The notes below the pieces were generated by a model, which made no database searches, was not told where the DNA came from, and saw only the letters and a program-made list of their open reading frames with translations. From positions 1 to 36,968 of the forward strand of contig JAWAHS010000015.1 in the NCBI GenBank assembly GCA_038889075.1: a stretch of 36,968 nucleotides of DNA. Reading direction: 5' to 3'. The translations under genes were made by a program, and so were the position numbers. The stretch is from Ignisphaera sp. Its GTDB lineage: Archaea > Thermoproteota > Thermoprotei_A > Sulfolobales > Ignisphaeraceae. This document shows positions 18,254 to 27,318 of the stretch, piece after piece (the stretch's first letter is position 1; each line of letters starts with the position of its first letter).

Positions 18254-19348
18254 CTACACCACATCTAGTCTACGACCTGATGAAACTTCGTATAGACGTA
18301 TTTTACTGGGGTTTAGTGTTAGGTAGATGTTCTCTCCCTCTCTCACAACCATATCCTTGGGTACAACAACTCTAATACTGAGATCGTCTACTCTAACGGT
18401 TGCAAGAATATTTGCACCGAGATACTGAATCAGCTCCACCCTACCTGGTACAGCTCCTTCACTAGGGGTTTTCGAAATTCTGATATCCATAGGTCTTACG
18501 GATGCCATGGCCTCCCCCTCGCTACTCTCGGTATTCAGCTTAACCCTTGCTTCAATCACTATACTATTTAGATTTATTAGAATTCCCTCACCGCTACTCT
18601 TAAAGTATACCTTGAATGTATTTAGTGCAGGTATGCTGATAAATTCATCAACATCGTGTGAGACAGGGTTGCGTAGAATATCTATTGGCGATCCGTACTG
18701 TTTTACCCTACCATTTAATAGAATTGCAACTCTATTGCCAACAGTAAAGGCCTCCAGAGGATCGTGGGTTGCATAGACTATTGTTACACCTAGCTTAGCC
18801 TGGAACTGTTTAAACCATACAACCATATGCTCTCTAATCTTAGCATCGAGATTTCTAAATGGTTCATCAAGTAAAAGCAGCCTTGGATTAGTGACCAAGG
18901 CTCTGGCCAGTGCTACACGCTGATATTCACCACCGCTGTATGTACTCGGCTTCCTATTAAGAACGTGTTTAATACCCAATAGCTCAGCAATTTCATAAAC
19001 CCTTTTCCTAATCTCATCCTCGGGAAGCTTTCTAAGCTTCAATGGAAAGGCTATATTTTCATAGCCCGACCTATCCGGATAGACAGGTGGCGTTTCGAAT
19101 ACCATTGAGAAGCCCCTTGAATAGGGAGGCACGTCTGTAATATCCACCCCTTCAATATATACCCTACCTGATGTAGGCTTTATCAGACCTGCGATAATCT
19201 TTAGCAGTGTTGTTTTTCCAGAGCCTGGAGGTCCCGCTACAGCCAGTATTTCACCCTTCTCTACATCTAGTGAAATACCCTCCAGCACGAAACGATCATC
19301 ATATTTCTTGGATATGTTTTCTACTCTAAGGAATACCATGTTCCCCAC
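18254..19348 (-). CDS. CUT1 sugar ABC ATPase, subunit 2 (MalK-like)
   Basis: GPPGSGKTT, YSGGEYQR, LLLDEP, THD and a C-terminal TOBE/OB domain. The start may be 19339. Confidence 0.9.
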   Translation of the reverse strand: MGNMVFLRVENISKKYDDRFVLEGISLDVEKGEILAVAGPPGSGKTTLLKIIAGLIKPTSGRVYIEGVDITDVPPYSRGFSMVFETPPVYPDRSGYENIAFPLKLRKLPEDEIRKRVYEIAELLGIKHVLNRKPSTYSGGEYQRVALARALVTNPRLLLLDEPFRNLDAKIREHMVVWFKQFQAKLGVTIVYATHDPLEAFTVGNRVAILLNGRVKQYGSPIDILRNPVSHDVDEFISIPALNTFKVYFKSSGEGILINLNSIVIEARVKLNTESSEGEAMASVRPMDIRISKTPSEGAVPGRVELIQYLGANILATVRVDDLSIRVVVPKDMVVREGENIYLTLNPSKIRLYEVSSGRRLDVV

Positions 19349-20441
19349 CTATAGGGAGAGGTTTTCTACCCGATGTTTTGTCGAAAACATGTACCTTACC
19401 TGGATTGAGTGAGATTCTAACCTTAGACCCGGCGGCGACATCCTCATATATTGAGGTATAGACCTTTACTACAACATCTTTTAATACCTTTATATGTAGT
19501 GCAAGTTTATCGCCAACAACCTCTATCAACTCGATGCTACCCTCTAGAGCACCCTTTGCATCGATAGAGCTATCCTCAGGTCTAAAACCTATAACCACCT
19601 CTCTATCCACTAGCTGCTCCAAATCATAGTACTTTGCTATAGCATCTAGTGGCATTTTAAAGTCGTCTCTTTCAAGGAAGAGTTTTCCACCATACTTTTT
19701 CAGAACACCTTCGATGAAGTTCATGGTGGGGCTTCCAATAAATTGTGCTACAAATAGACTCTGGGGATTATCGTAGATCTCTATCGGGGTACCGATCTGG
19801 ACTAGCCTCCCTCTATTCATTACAGCAATCCTGTCGGAGAGCATTAGGGCCTCCAGCTGGTCGTGTGTAACGTAGAGCATTGTGATGCCTATCCTCCTCT
19901 GAATCTCCCTCAACTCCCTTCTCATCCTCTCTCTCGTTTTCGCATCTACAAGGGTTAGAGGCTCATCAAGAAGTAGTACTCTAGGTTCTACAACCATACA
20001 TCTAGCTAAAGCAATTTTCTGCTGCTCACTTAAACCAACTCTACCTGCTCTACTATTTAGATAGTCTGTAAGTCCTAGCGTTTCAGCTACCTCTACAACC
20101 CTTTTACGCAAATCGTTAGAGGGGATTCTTCTAACCTTTAAGCCGAAGGCTATGTTTTCAAACACATTCATATGTGGAAATACAGCGTATTCTTGGAATA
20201 CCAGACACACGTCACGCTTCTGCGGCGGTAGATCTGTAACATCCCTTCCACCGATGTAGACCCTACCTGTATCTGGCTTTTCCAAACCTGCTATAATTCT
20301 CAGTGTAGTGGTTTTACCACAGCCAGAGGGACCTAGAAGGGTAAATATCTCACCTCTGTAAACCTCAAATGAAATACCGTCAACGGCTACAGTATCGCCA
20401 AATCTTTTGCTAACGCTATCTACTGCTACCTCAGCCTCCAT
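19326..20441 (-). CDS. CUT1 sugar ABC ATPase, subunit 1 (MalK-like, degenerate signature motif)
   Basis: GPSGCGKTT, VFQEYAVFPH, DEP, VTHDQ.EA, FVAQFIGSP.MN. The real start is ATG 20441 (MEAEV), because the longer ORF overlaps the permease. Confidence 0.92.
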   Translation of the reverse strand: MEAEVAVDSVSKRFGDTVAVDGISFEVYRGEIFTLLGPSGCGKTTTLRIIAGLEKPDTGRVYIGGRDVTDLPPQKRDVCLVFQEYAVFPHMNVFENIAFGLKVRRIPSNDLRKRVVEVAETLGLTDYLNSRAGRVGLSEQQKIALARCMVVEPRVLLLDEPLTLVDAKTRERMRRELREIQRRIGITMLYVTHDQLEALMLSDRIAVMNRGRLVQIGTPIEIYDNPQSLFVAQFIGSPTMNFIEGVLKKYGGKLFLERDDFKMPLDAIAKYYDLEQLVDREVVIGFRPEDSSIDAKGALEGSIELIEVVGDKLALHIKVLKDVVVKVYTSIYEDVAAGSKVRISLNPGKVHVFDKTSGRKPLPIGGEHGIP

Positions 20442-20443
20442 CG

Positions 20444-21310
20444 CTAGCCCCTCACCATACCAAATGTAAATCCTGTTACAAGGTGTTTCTGGATAGCATA
20501 TCCTATTACTACAGGTATGATGGAGCCTATTAATGCTAGAGCTGCCTGAGGTCCAAAGAGCTGTCCAACAGCACCTACATACTTGCTTATGTGTACAGAG
20601 AGTGTAACAGCATTTATATTCGTTAACACTAGTGCAAATAGTAGCTCCGACCATGTTAGAAGGAATATAAATAGGCCGGCGACAACGAGTCCGGGTCGGA
20701 CGAGGGGAAGTACTACTCTGAATAGAACCTTGGTGGGCGTTGCCCCTTCAAGCATAGCGGCCTCCTCCCATTCAACTGGTATAGCGTCTATGAATCCCTT
20801 TAGAATCCATATGGCGTACGTTACCGTTACAGCTGAGTATAGAAATACTAGCCCAAAGTATGTATCAAGCATCCCTAGATTCGAGTAGTAGACCATTATT
20901 GGTGTGATGAATATTGCAGGGGGAAGCATACGTGTTAATAGGGTGAAGAATAGTGTGAATGGACCTGGAGCCCTATATCTACTTGCTCCATAGGCTGTGA
21001 AGAATCCTACGAAAACAGATAGAACTGTTGCAGCAACGGTGACTACTAGACTATTTAGTAGCGGCTTTGTAGCAGACTCTATTATAGCGGTAGCACCCAT
21101 AACACCGTACTTCCCTAGAAGCTCCTGTGGTTTGAAAAGCAGTACAAAGTTATCCACCGTTGGATTCTTAGGTACAAAGTACGATACCCTCCACTCGGCA
21201 TACGATTTAAATGCCAGGGATACAATCCAGGTTAGAGGTACTAGTGTCCATAGTGCAAAGACTCCTATCACTATGTATTTAAGAGCTTTTGAAACTATAC
21301 GTAGCTCCAT
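20444..21310 (-). CDS. CUT1 sugar ABC permease (MalG-like)
   Basis: EEAAMLEGA (EAA loop), LPLVRPG, W.E.LFAL. Confidence 0.92.
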   Translation of the reverse strand: MELRIVSKALKYIVIGVFALWTLVPLTWIVSLAFKSYAEWRVSYFVPKNPTVDNFVLLFKPQELLGKYGVMGATAIIESATKPLLNSLVVTVAATVLSVFVGFFTAYGASRYRAPGPFTLFFTLLTRMLPPAIFITPIMVYYSNLGMLDTYFGLVFLYSAVTVTYAIWILKGFIDAIPVEWEEAAMLEGATPTKVLFRVVLPLVRPGLVVAGLFIFLLTWSELLFALVLTNINAVTLSVHISKYVGAVGQLFGPQAALALIGSIIPVVIGYAIQKHLVTGFTFGMVRG

Positions 21311-21312
21311 GC

Positions 21313-22227
21313 CTATCTCACCCTCTCAAAGAAATACCATATAAACAGTCTAATCACTATAGCAAGCATAACAAGTACAATCAAAGACATTGCCGCTGCA
21401 TAGGAGATATCCGTATATAGGACAGAGACACGGTATATGTATAGAGATATGGTCTCTGTTGAAATACCCGGTCCTCCCCCAGTCATTAGATATGCATAGT
21501 CGAACATCTTAAAGGCTTCTAGTGCTCTTAGAACTATAGCAACAATTATTAGAGGTTTTATCAGTGGCAATCTTATTCTCCAGAATATGGTAAAGCTGCT
21601 AGCTCCTAGAACCTGGGCAGCCTCAACCAATCTTCTCGGTACAGCTGAGAGAGCAGAGTACAGTATTAGGAAAATAAATGGTGTCCACTGCCATATATCT
21701 GCAATAATAAGGGCTGTGAAGGCAAGCCTCGGATTTAGAAACCAAGTTATCCGCAGCGCATCCTCACCCAGTACAGCTCTTAGAAATACATTGTTTACAG
21801 GACCATATGGCTGGAACATTAGATAGAAGACGGAGGCTACTATAACCGGGGGGAGCATAAGGGGGTATATAATTAGCGATAGTATAGCCTTCTTACCAAC
21901 GAATTCCTCAAGCATTAGATAGGCTAGTAGTAATCCTAGGAAGAACTCTATTGAGACGACGATTACTGTATATGTGACGGTGTTAGCTAGTGCATTGATA
22001 AATCTAGCATCGCTAAGCGCCCTTATAAAATTCGATATTCCTGTAAATGGAGCCTCCCACCAGTCTATCCCCATAGCAGGGGACCATTTAAGAAAGGCTA
22101 GGTATATCATGATTGCAAAGGGAATTATTAGTATGGCATTCAATAGAATGTTCAGTGGCAGTGTTGCTAATAGTTTTATCGATCTGGGTATCTCCTTAGA
22201 CATGCTGAGCACCGATGCCATTAGCAT
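21313..22227 (-). CDS. CUT1 sugar ABC permease (MalF-like)
   Basis: F.G..NF, DIWQWTPF, EAAQVLGA, FK.FD...MTGGGPG..TET. Confidence 0.92.
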   Translation of the reverse strand: MLMASVLSMSKEIPRSIKLLATLPLNILLNAILIIPFAIMIYLAFLKWSPAMGIDWWEAPFTGISNFIRALSDARFINALANTVTYTVIVVSIEFFLGLLLAYLMLEEFVGKKAILSLIIYPLMLPPVIVASVFYLMFQPYGPVNNVFLRAVLGEDALRITWFLNPRLAFTALIIADIWQWTPFIFLILYSALSAVPRRLVEAAQVLGASSFTIFWRIRLPLIKPLIIVAIVLRALEAFKMFDYAYLMTGGGPGISTETISLYIYRVSVLYTDISYAAAMSLIVLVMLAIVIRLFIWYFFERVR

Positions 22228-22417
22228 GTATTTCCAATATTGATGTATGGAAAGAGAGTTAATATAAGTATATGATAAAACAAGTTCGATTGATAGCTGT
22301 AGTCTGCACTTTGAAATTGAAAAAGAGTTGAAAAATGTTTTTTATCAGTGCCACTACATAGGGTGTGTTGTAGGAAAAAGTACTTCATCTAATATGGCTA
22401 GAGCCCTATTTCTGCAG

Positions 22418-24142
22418 CTACTTCATGTATCCCTTAGCTTTCCAAACATTCTTAACATTCTCTGGAAATAGCTGTGCTAGCGCTCTCCATGCTCCAAGCT
22501 GGGCATCTCTACCATACTTCTTTGTTATCGAATCCCATTCAGCAGATACATCACTTAACGCTCTTTCAGGGTCCTTTAATCCAGCAGCTACATTATTTAC
22601 CTCAGTAGTAAGTTTTGAAAGATACTCTGTTCCACCTCTAATTAGAATATCTGGATAGGATATCTTTATACTCTCCATGTATGCATCGAGGAACTCTTCT
22701 CCATAGCCTTCTGCAGACTTGGCTCTATAGGTTGGGTCGGTAAACCAGCAAGCTCTGAACAGATCGAGAATTACACCAGTGAGTACCATATCAAGCCCTG
22801 TATCAGGTGCTGTAGCAAATTGTAGAAATAGATATGCTACCTCGGGATTGGCACTGTAGTTGGATACTATCCCAACCCAGTTTACAGGATTAGGTGCAGC
22901 CTTGTTAACAACCTTTCTTCCCCCAACCTCAATCTCTACTCCAGGCATTAGAGCTGTCCCCACATTCCCTCTAACCGCAGAGGTTGGCCTCATAGCCTCC
23001 TTAGTCAGTGAAGGCCATGCAGCTGTGAAGACCGTTTCCCCCTTCACAAACTTATCGTATAGATCAGCCCACGCAGCACTTATAGCCTCGGGAGGCATAT
23101 ACGGCTTCAGTTTTAATATAATATCAAATGCGTATCTCCCTTCAGGAGTATCTACCTTTGGATCCATAGTTTCTAAGTCAAATGGTATTCCCCCGGCCTC
23201 TACAAATATGTTAAACCATGTAATATATGCTGCAAATGCGGGCTCTAGATAGAAGTATGCACCCCAAACCCTTCCACCACTAGGAGCTGTCAACCTTAGT
23301 TCTGTAAAGAATTTAGCCATATCTATGAGCTCCTCCCATGTATCTGGAACCTTAAGCGGCTTTCTATACTGTGCCTCAAACTCCCTCCTATAGGTTTCAT
23401 TGGTGAGCAAATCCTTTCTATAGGATAGTGTAAATACATCGGAATCGAGGGCTAGAGAATATCTTCTACCCTTGTATGTGGTTACATAGGATCCTAGGGG
23501 CTCTATAGGTGCGCAAGGACCTACATACTCTGGATCGTACTTTGCATAGAAATCGTCTAAGGATCTCGCTAATCCAGCCTCAACAATATCTCCAAGCCAT
23601 GTGCTGAATATTGTAACAGCATCGAATGCACCGGTTTTGGTTACAGCCTCCGACATAGCCTTTGTATATACATCGGGCTCCGTTCCCAGCGTTATCAACT
23701 CCACCTTTACCTCAGGGACATACCTACTCCACAGCTCTATAGCCTTCTCTAGATTAGCTCGGGATCCAGCTACATGGAGTATTCTAATTGTTGTACCAGG
23801 TGCTATAACACCTCTATTTAGAAGATCGCGCACCCCTGCTATAGCTCTTGAGGCAGCACCGCTTAGACCAGGAATAACGGTTGGGGTAGGGGTTGGTGCA
23901 ACTGTAACTGTCGTGGTTCTGGTTACAGTTACCGTTCTCTCAATAGTCTCTCTAATAACCTCTGCAGGCTTTGTTAAATAGCCAAGTGCATAACCCACTC
24001 CAATTCCTACAACTGCTGTACCGAGGGCTGTGAGAAACAGTCTTCTATTTTTATCAACAGGTGATGGTTTGCTACCCCGACCTTCCCCAGCGGGGTCATC
24101 TTTATCTATTTTTTCACTACAGCAACACATACCAATCTCCAA
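22418..24142 (-). CDS. CUT1 sugar-binding protein with twin-arginine (Tat) signal and Thr/Pro linker
   Basis: NRRLFL followed by a hydrophobic helix (RR at 24046-24041), TVTVTRTTTVTVAPTPTP linker, YRKDL and VPDTWEEL...AKFF. The start may be ATG 24130. Confidence 0.88.
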   Translation of the reverse strand: MEIGMCCCSEKIDKDDPAGEGRGSKPSPVDKNRRLFLTALGTAVVGIGVGYALGYLTKPAEVIRETIERTVTVTRTTTVTVAPTPTPTVIPGLSGAASRAIAGVRDLLNRGVIAPGTTIRILHVAGSRANLEKAIELWSRYVPEVKVELITLGTEPDVYTKAMSEAVTKTGAFDAVTIFSTWLGDIVEAGLARSLDDFYAKYDPEYVGPCAPIEPLGSYVTTYKGRRYSLALDSDVFTLSYRKDLLTNETYRREFEAQYRKPLKVPDTWEELIDMAKFFTELRLTAPSGGRVWGAYFYLEPAFAAYITWFNIFVEAGGIPFDLETMDPKVDTPEGRYAFDIILKLKPYMPPEAISAAWADLYDKFVKGETVFTAAWPSLTKEAMRPTSAVRGNVGTALMPGVEIEVGGRKVVNKAAPNPVNWVGIVSNYSANPEVAYLFLQFATAPDTGLDMVLTGVILDLFRACWFTDPTYRAKSAEGYGEEFLDAYMESIKISYPDILIRGGTEYLSKLTTEVNNVAAGLKDPERALSDVSAEWDSITKKYGRDAQLGAWRALAQLFPENVKNVWKAKGYMK

Positions 24143-24273
24143 TATCTATTTTTACAGAAATGTTAATAAATATGCAATAGAGCTGGTTCTATCAGCTCCT
24201 TTACCAACTATACCGAGTTAGAATATATGAAAAATTGTTTAGATATGGAGCACCGTAGATGGAGTGGCTAATT

Positions 24274-25011
24274 CTATACATGTAGTATATTAAAAACGTG
24301 TTTTGCATTTCTATATAGTATGAGCTCTCTAATTTCGTCAGAGAGCTTTAGAGCCTCCAGTTTTGCAAATTCCACTGGAACATTCTCTATGAGATCCGTT
24401 CCAAATACTATCTTATTCGGTACCTCTTTTATAAATACCGCTAAATCGTATACGTGGCTCCACGATGTTTCGAGATATATGTTATCATACTTCTTGGCAA
24501 GCCATAGAGCCGCTGAAGCATATATACCAAAACCTGCATGGGCTAGCACCATCTTTACATCGGGGAATTCCTCAGCTCTAGGAGCTACACCGATAGGGTC
24601 TGAGAATGGACCTGGACCCGTATGTATCATTAAAGGTACTCTATACTTCGCCGCATATTCAAAGAGTATAGATGTGCTGGGATTGGTGGGGGCAATTGCA
24701 TGCCCAGCTGTATGGAGCTTTATTGCAACAAAGTTTAGTGATCCAAGTACTCTTGTAAGTTCTTCAGCTACAAGTTCCTTCCCCAGATACGGATTTATAT
24801 TTGCCATTCCAAGAATTCTCCTACCTGTCTTTAGGGAGAGCTCGTGAATTCTGCTATGGACATCGGCAGCATTTGGAGCTCCTGGAAATGGCTGAACAAT
24901 AGATACCGATATTCCATATCTATCTAGATAGCTGAGCAGCTGCTCCTCTGTAATGTTTAAACCAAAAATTCTACACTCCCCTAGATGCATATGGGTATCT
25001 ATTATCTTCAT
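24274..25011 (-). CDS. Amidohydrolase-2 family metal-dependent hydrolase (possible sugar lactonase)
   Basis: IIDTHMH, IKLH, IHTG, LAHAG, ETS and FGTD motifs. Confidence 0.85.
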   Translation of the reverse strand: MKIIDTHMHLGECRIFGLNITEEQLLSYLDRYGISVSIVQPFPGAPNAADVHSRIHELSLKTGRRILGMANINPYLGKELVAEELTRVLGSLNFVAIKLHTAGHAIAPTNPSTSILFEYAAKYRVPLMIHTGPGPFSDPIGVAPRAEEFPDVKMVLAHAGFGIYASAALWLAKKYDNIYLETSWSHVYDLAVFIKEVPNKIVFGTDLIENVPVEFAKLEALKLSDEIRELILYRNAKHVFNILHV

Positions 25012-25125
25012 CCACCACCACAGCTCACTAAAAACTTTAGCAGATTGAACTTAAATGTTATTTATAGAAACTGTATTATTCAGTGTTTAAAAGTTTGCAA
25101 ATATACAGGAGAAAAGGGTAGGAAT

Positions 25126-26157
25126 ATGCCTATAAAAGGTAGAGCGGCAGTATTTAGAGAGGCTAGAAAGCCTCTATCTATTGAGGAGATAGAGTTTCCG
25201 GATCCTAAATACGATGAGGTTCTAATCAAGGTTAGAGCAGTTGGTGTCTGCCATACAGACCTAGCGACAATCGATGGCGAATTCCCTCCACCTCCTCTAA
25301 TGCCTACGGTACTAGGGCACGAGATAGCGGGTGAGGTGCACCTAGTTGGAGAGGGGGTTAGGGAGGTTGGCCCTGGTGATGGAGTTGTCCTATCATGGCT
25401 ATGGTACACCTGTGGTAAGTGCAGATTCTGTATAAGAGGCAATGAACAGCTCTGTGAACACCTTGTTGAAACAGGGAGGCATGTATATGGAGGCTATGCT
25501 GAGTACGTCCTTGCTAAAGCATCCCATGTAATTAAAATTCCCTCTAGCGTACCGTGGGAGTATGCACCAGCTGCTACAGACGCTATTGCTACACCATTTA
25601 AAGGTTTAAGGGTAGCTGGAGCTAAGGAAGGTGATGTGGTTGTTGTATGGGGTGTAGGTGCACTAGGTTTTAACGCTATACAGGTTGCTAAGGCGAAGGG
25701 GTGCACCGTTATAGCAGTAGGGAGATCGGAATTCAAACTTCAGAAGGCTAAGGAGGTTGGAGCAGATGTGGTTATAAATGCCTCTAGGGAGGATCCTGTA
25801 GATGCTATTAAGAGGGTATCGGATGGAGGTGCCGATGTAATTCTACAGCTTGTACCAACAGATGTAAAGACCTATGAACAGGCGTTCTACTCCCTGAGAA
25901 GAGGAGGGGTATTGGTGCTCTTGGGATATCCGCCGGGAAAGCTTTGTCTACCGGTAATTGAATGGGGTCTAGATGAGAAGAAGGTAATAGCATCACTAGC
26001 ATTTACAAGATACGATATAACTGAAAGCCTAAGGCTCATGGCACAGGGGAAGGTAAGACCTGTGGTAACTACATACAAAGGGCTAGAGAGTATAAATAGG
26101 GCTCTCGATGATTTGAGGGAGGGTAAGGTTTTAGGAAGACCTGTTGTATTGATGTAG
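25126..26157 (+). CDS. Zn-dependent medium-chain alcohol/sugar dehydrogenase
   Basis: GVCHTD, GHE..G, CGKCRFC..G.EQLC, G.GALG. Start at ATG 25126 (MPIKG). Confidence 0.9.
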   Translation: MPIKGRAAVFREARKPLSIEEIEFPDPKYDEVLIKVRAVGVCHTDLATIDGEFPPPPLMPTVLGHEIAGEVHLVGEGVREVGPGDGVVLSWLWYTCGKCRFCIRGNEQLCEHLVETGRHVYGGYAEYVLAKASHVIKIPSSVPWEYAPAATDAIATPFKGLRVAGAKEGDVVVVWGVGALGFNAIQVAKAKGCTVIAVGRSEFKLQKAKEVGADVVINASREDPVDAIKRVSDGGADVILQLVPTDVKTYEQAFYSLRRGGVLVLLGYPPGKLCLPVIEWGLDEKKVIASLAFTRYDITESLRLMAQGKVRPVVTTYKGLESINRALDDLREGKVLGRPVVLM

Positions 26158-26183
26158 CAGTATAGACGGTCTGCATTAATTCA

Positions 26184-26978
26184 TCAAAACTTTTTCATTC
26201 TCTTAGAGGCTGAAATCTCCGCTACTATACTTAGAGTTAGTGGAGGCCCCAGTATGAGTAGAGCTGTTATAGGTGTCGGATCTGGAGTGAGTACCGCTAG
26301 TACAGCATACCCTACAACAAGTATGTACCGCCAATGTCTTCTCAAACCGATATCTATATGGAATACTCTGCCAAGCATGTATACAGCTAGAGGTATGAGA
26401 AAACCTGCAACCGTAGCCAGTATTGAAAATACTATAAACTCATACAGATCGGCAACATTTACATAGGGTTCTACCTCCAATGCAGCACTAAAGTACAGCA
26501 TTATTCTTATGGTTATAGGCGCTATAATAGTAAAACCGTATATCAAACCACCATAGAACAGTCCTGCTACAGCTAGGATAATTTTTACAGCAGCCCTCCT
26601 TTCATGAGGATAGAGTGCGGGCTTTACATATCTATAGAAAAGGTATAGCGATACCGGAGAGCTGAATAGAATACCGAAGAAGAGAGCTGATGCAAGAACA
26701 ACTCTTATTGGACCTGTAGGCGAACCCGCTATGAGAACTATCCGGCTAGGGTTGTCCAACCGTATCCAGGAGCCCAATACATTTACAATAACGCTCTCCA
26801 TCGATAGCCTCAGTAGATAGAATGAGAGTGGAACTCCACCGGTTATATTGATGGGTATCAGTAGGACTAGTATTACAATGAGTGTTATAATAACGATACT
26901 CCTAATAACTTTAGCGAACTCTACAGCCTCCTTCCAAATCTCTTGGAAAATGGTATCTGACACGGAGTCGGATGCCAT
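26184..26978 (-). CDS. tatC: Twin-arginine translocase subunit TatC
   Basis: YV.PALYPHER, LF..G..YGF.IIAP, R.WRY and A.LTPDP motifs; about six TM segments. Confidence 0.88.
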   Translation of the reverse strand: MASDSVSDTIFQEIWKEAVEFAKVIRSIVIITLIVILVLLIPINITGGVPLSFYLLRLSMESVIVNVLGSWIRLDNPSRIVLIAGSPTGPIRVVLASALFFGILFSSPVSLYLFYRYVKPALYPHERRAAVKIILAVAGLFYGGLIYGFTIIAPITIRIMLYFSAALEVEPYVNVADLYEFIVFSILATVAGFLIPLAVYMLGRVFHIDIGLRRHWRYILVVGYAVLAVLTPDPTPITALLILGPPLTLSIVAEISASKRMKKF

Positions 26979-27012
26979 ATCCGACCTCTAATAGAGACCT
27001 GTGGTGTACTGT

Positions 27013-27252
27013 CTATTCTTCTTTTTCCTTTTCAGACTTTAAGCTCTTCCCTACCTCCTCCGTAGCCTTCTTCACCTCTTCCGCTGTTTCCTCAGTTTCA
27101 TGTAGAGCTCTTCTGAACTCCCTTATAGCTCTTCCCAGATCTCTCATTATCTGAGGTAGCCTTGATGGTACAACTAATATCAAGACAATTAGTATTATCA
27201 AAAATGCGATTTCCCAAAATCCTATTGACTGAGCAATATATGTTTGAACCAT
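27013..27252 (-). CDS. tatA: Twin-arginine translocase subunit TatA/E
   Basis: IG.WE plus TM helix, P.RLP...R.LGRAIREFRRA amphipathic helix and charged tail, directly upstream of tatC. Confidence 0.88.
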   Translation of the reverse strand: MVQTYIAQSIGFWEIAFLIILIVLILVVPSRLPQIMRDLGRAIREFRRALHETEETAEEVKKATEEVGKSLKSEKEKEE

Positions 27253-27318
27253 TAGATCACCTAGATGTGGATTCCTAGCTTAGAAAGTTTTTATATTCTC
27301 TTCACAGTGTATGCCTCC

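Noticed and set aside
20442-20654. Cys-rich 71-aa N-terminal extension of the ABC ATPase ORF
   Set aside because: Overlaps the permease in another frame; the real start is ATG 20441.
24985-25125. N-terminal extension of the Zn-dehydrogenase ORF
   Set aside because: Spans the AT-rich divergent promoter region; family similarity begins at 25126.
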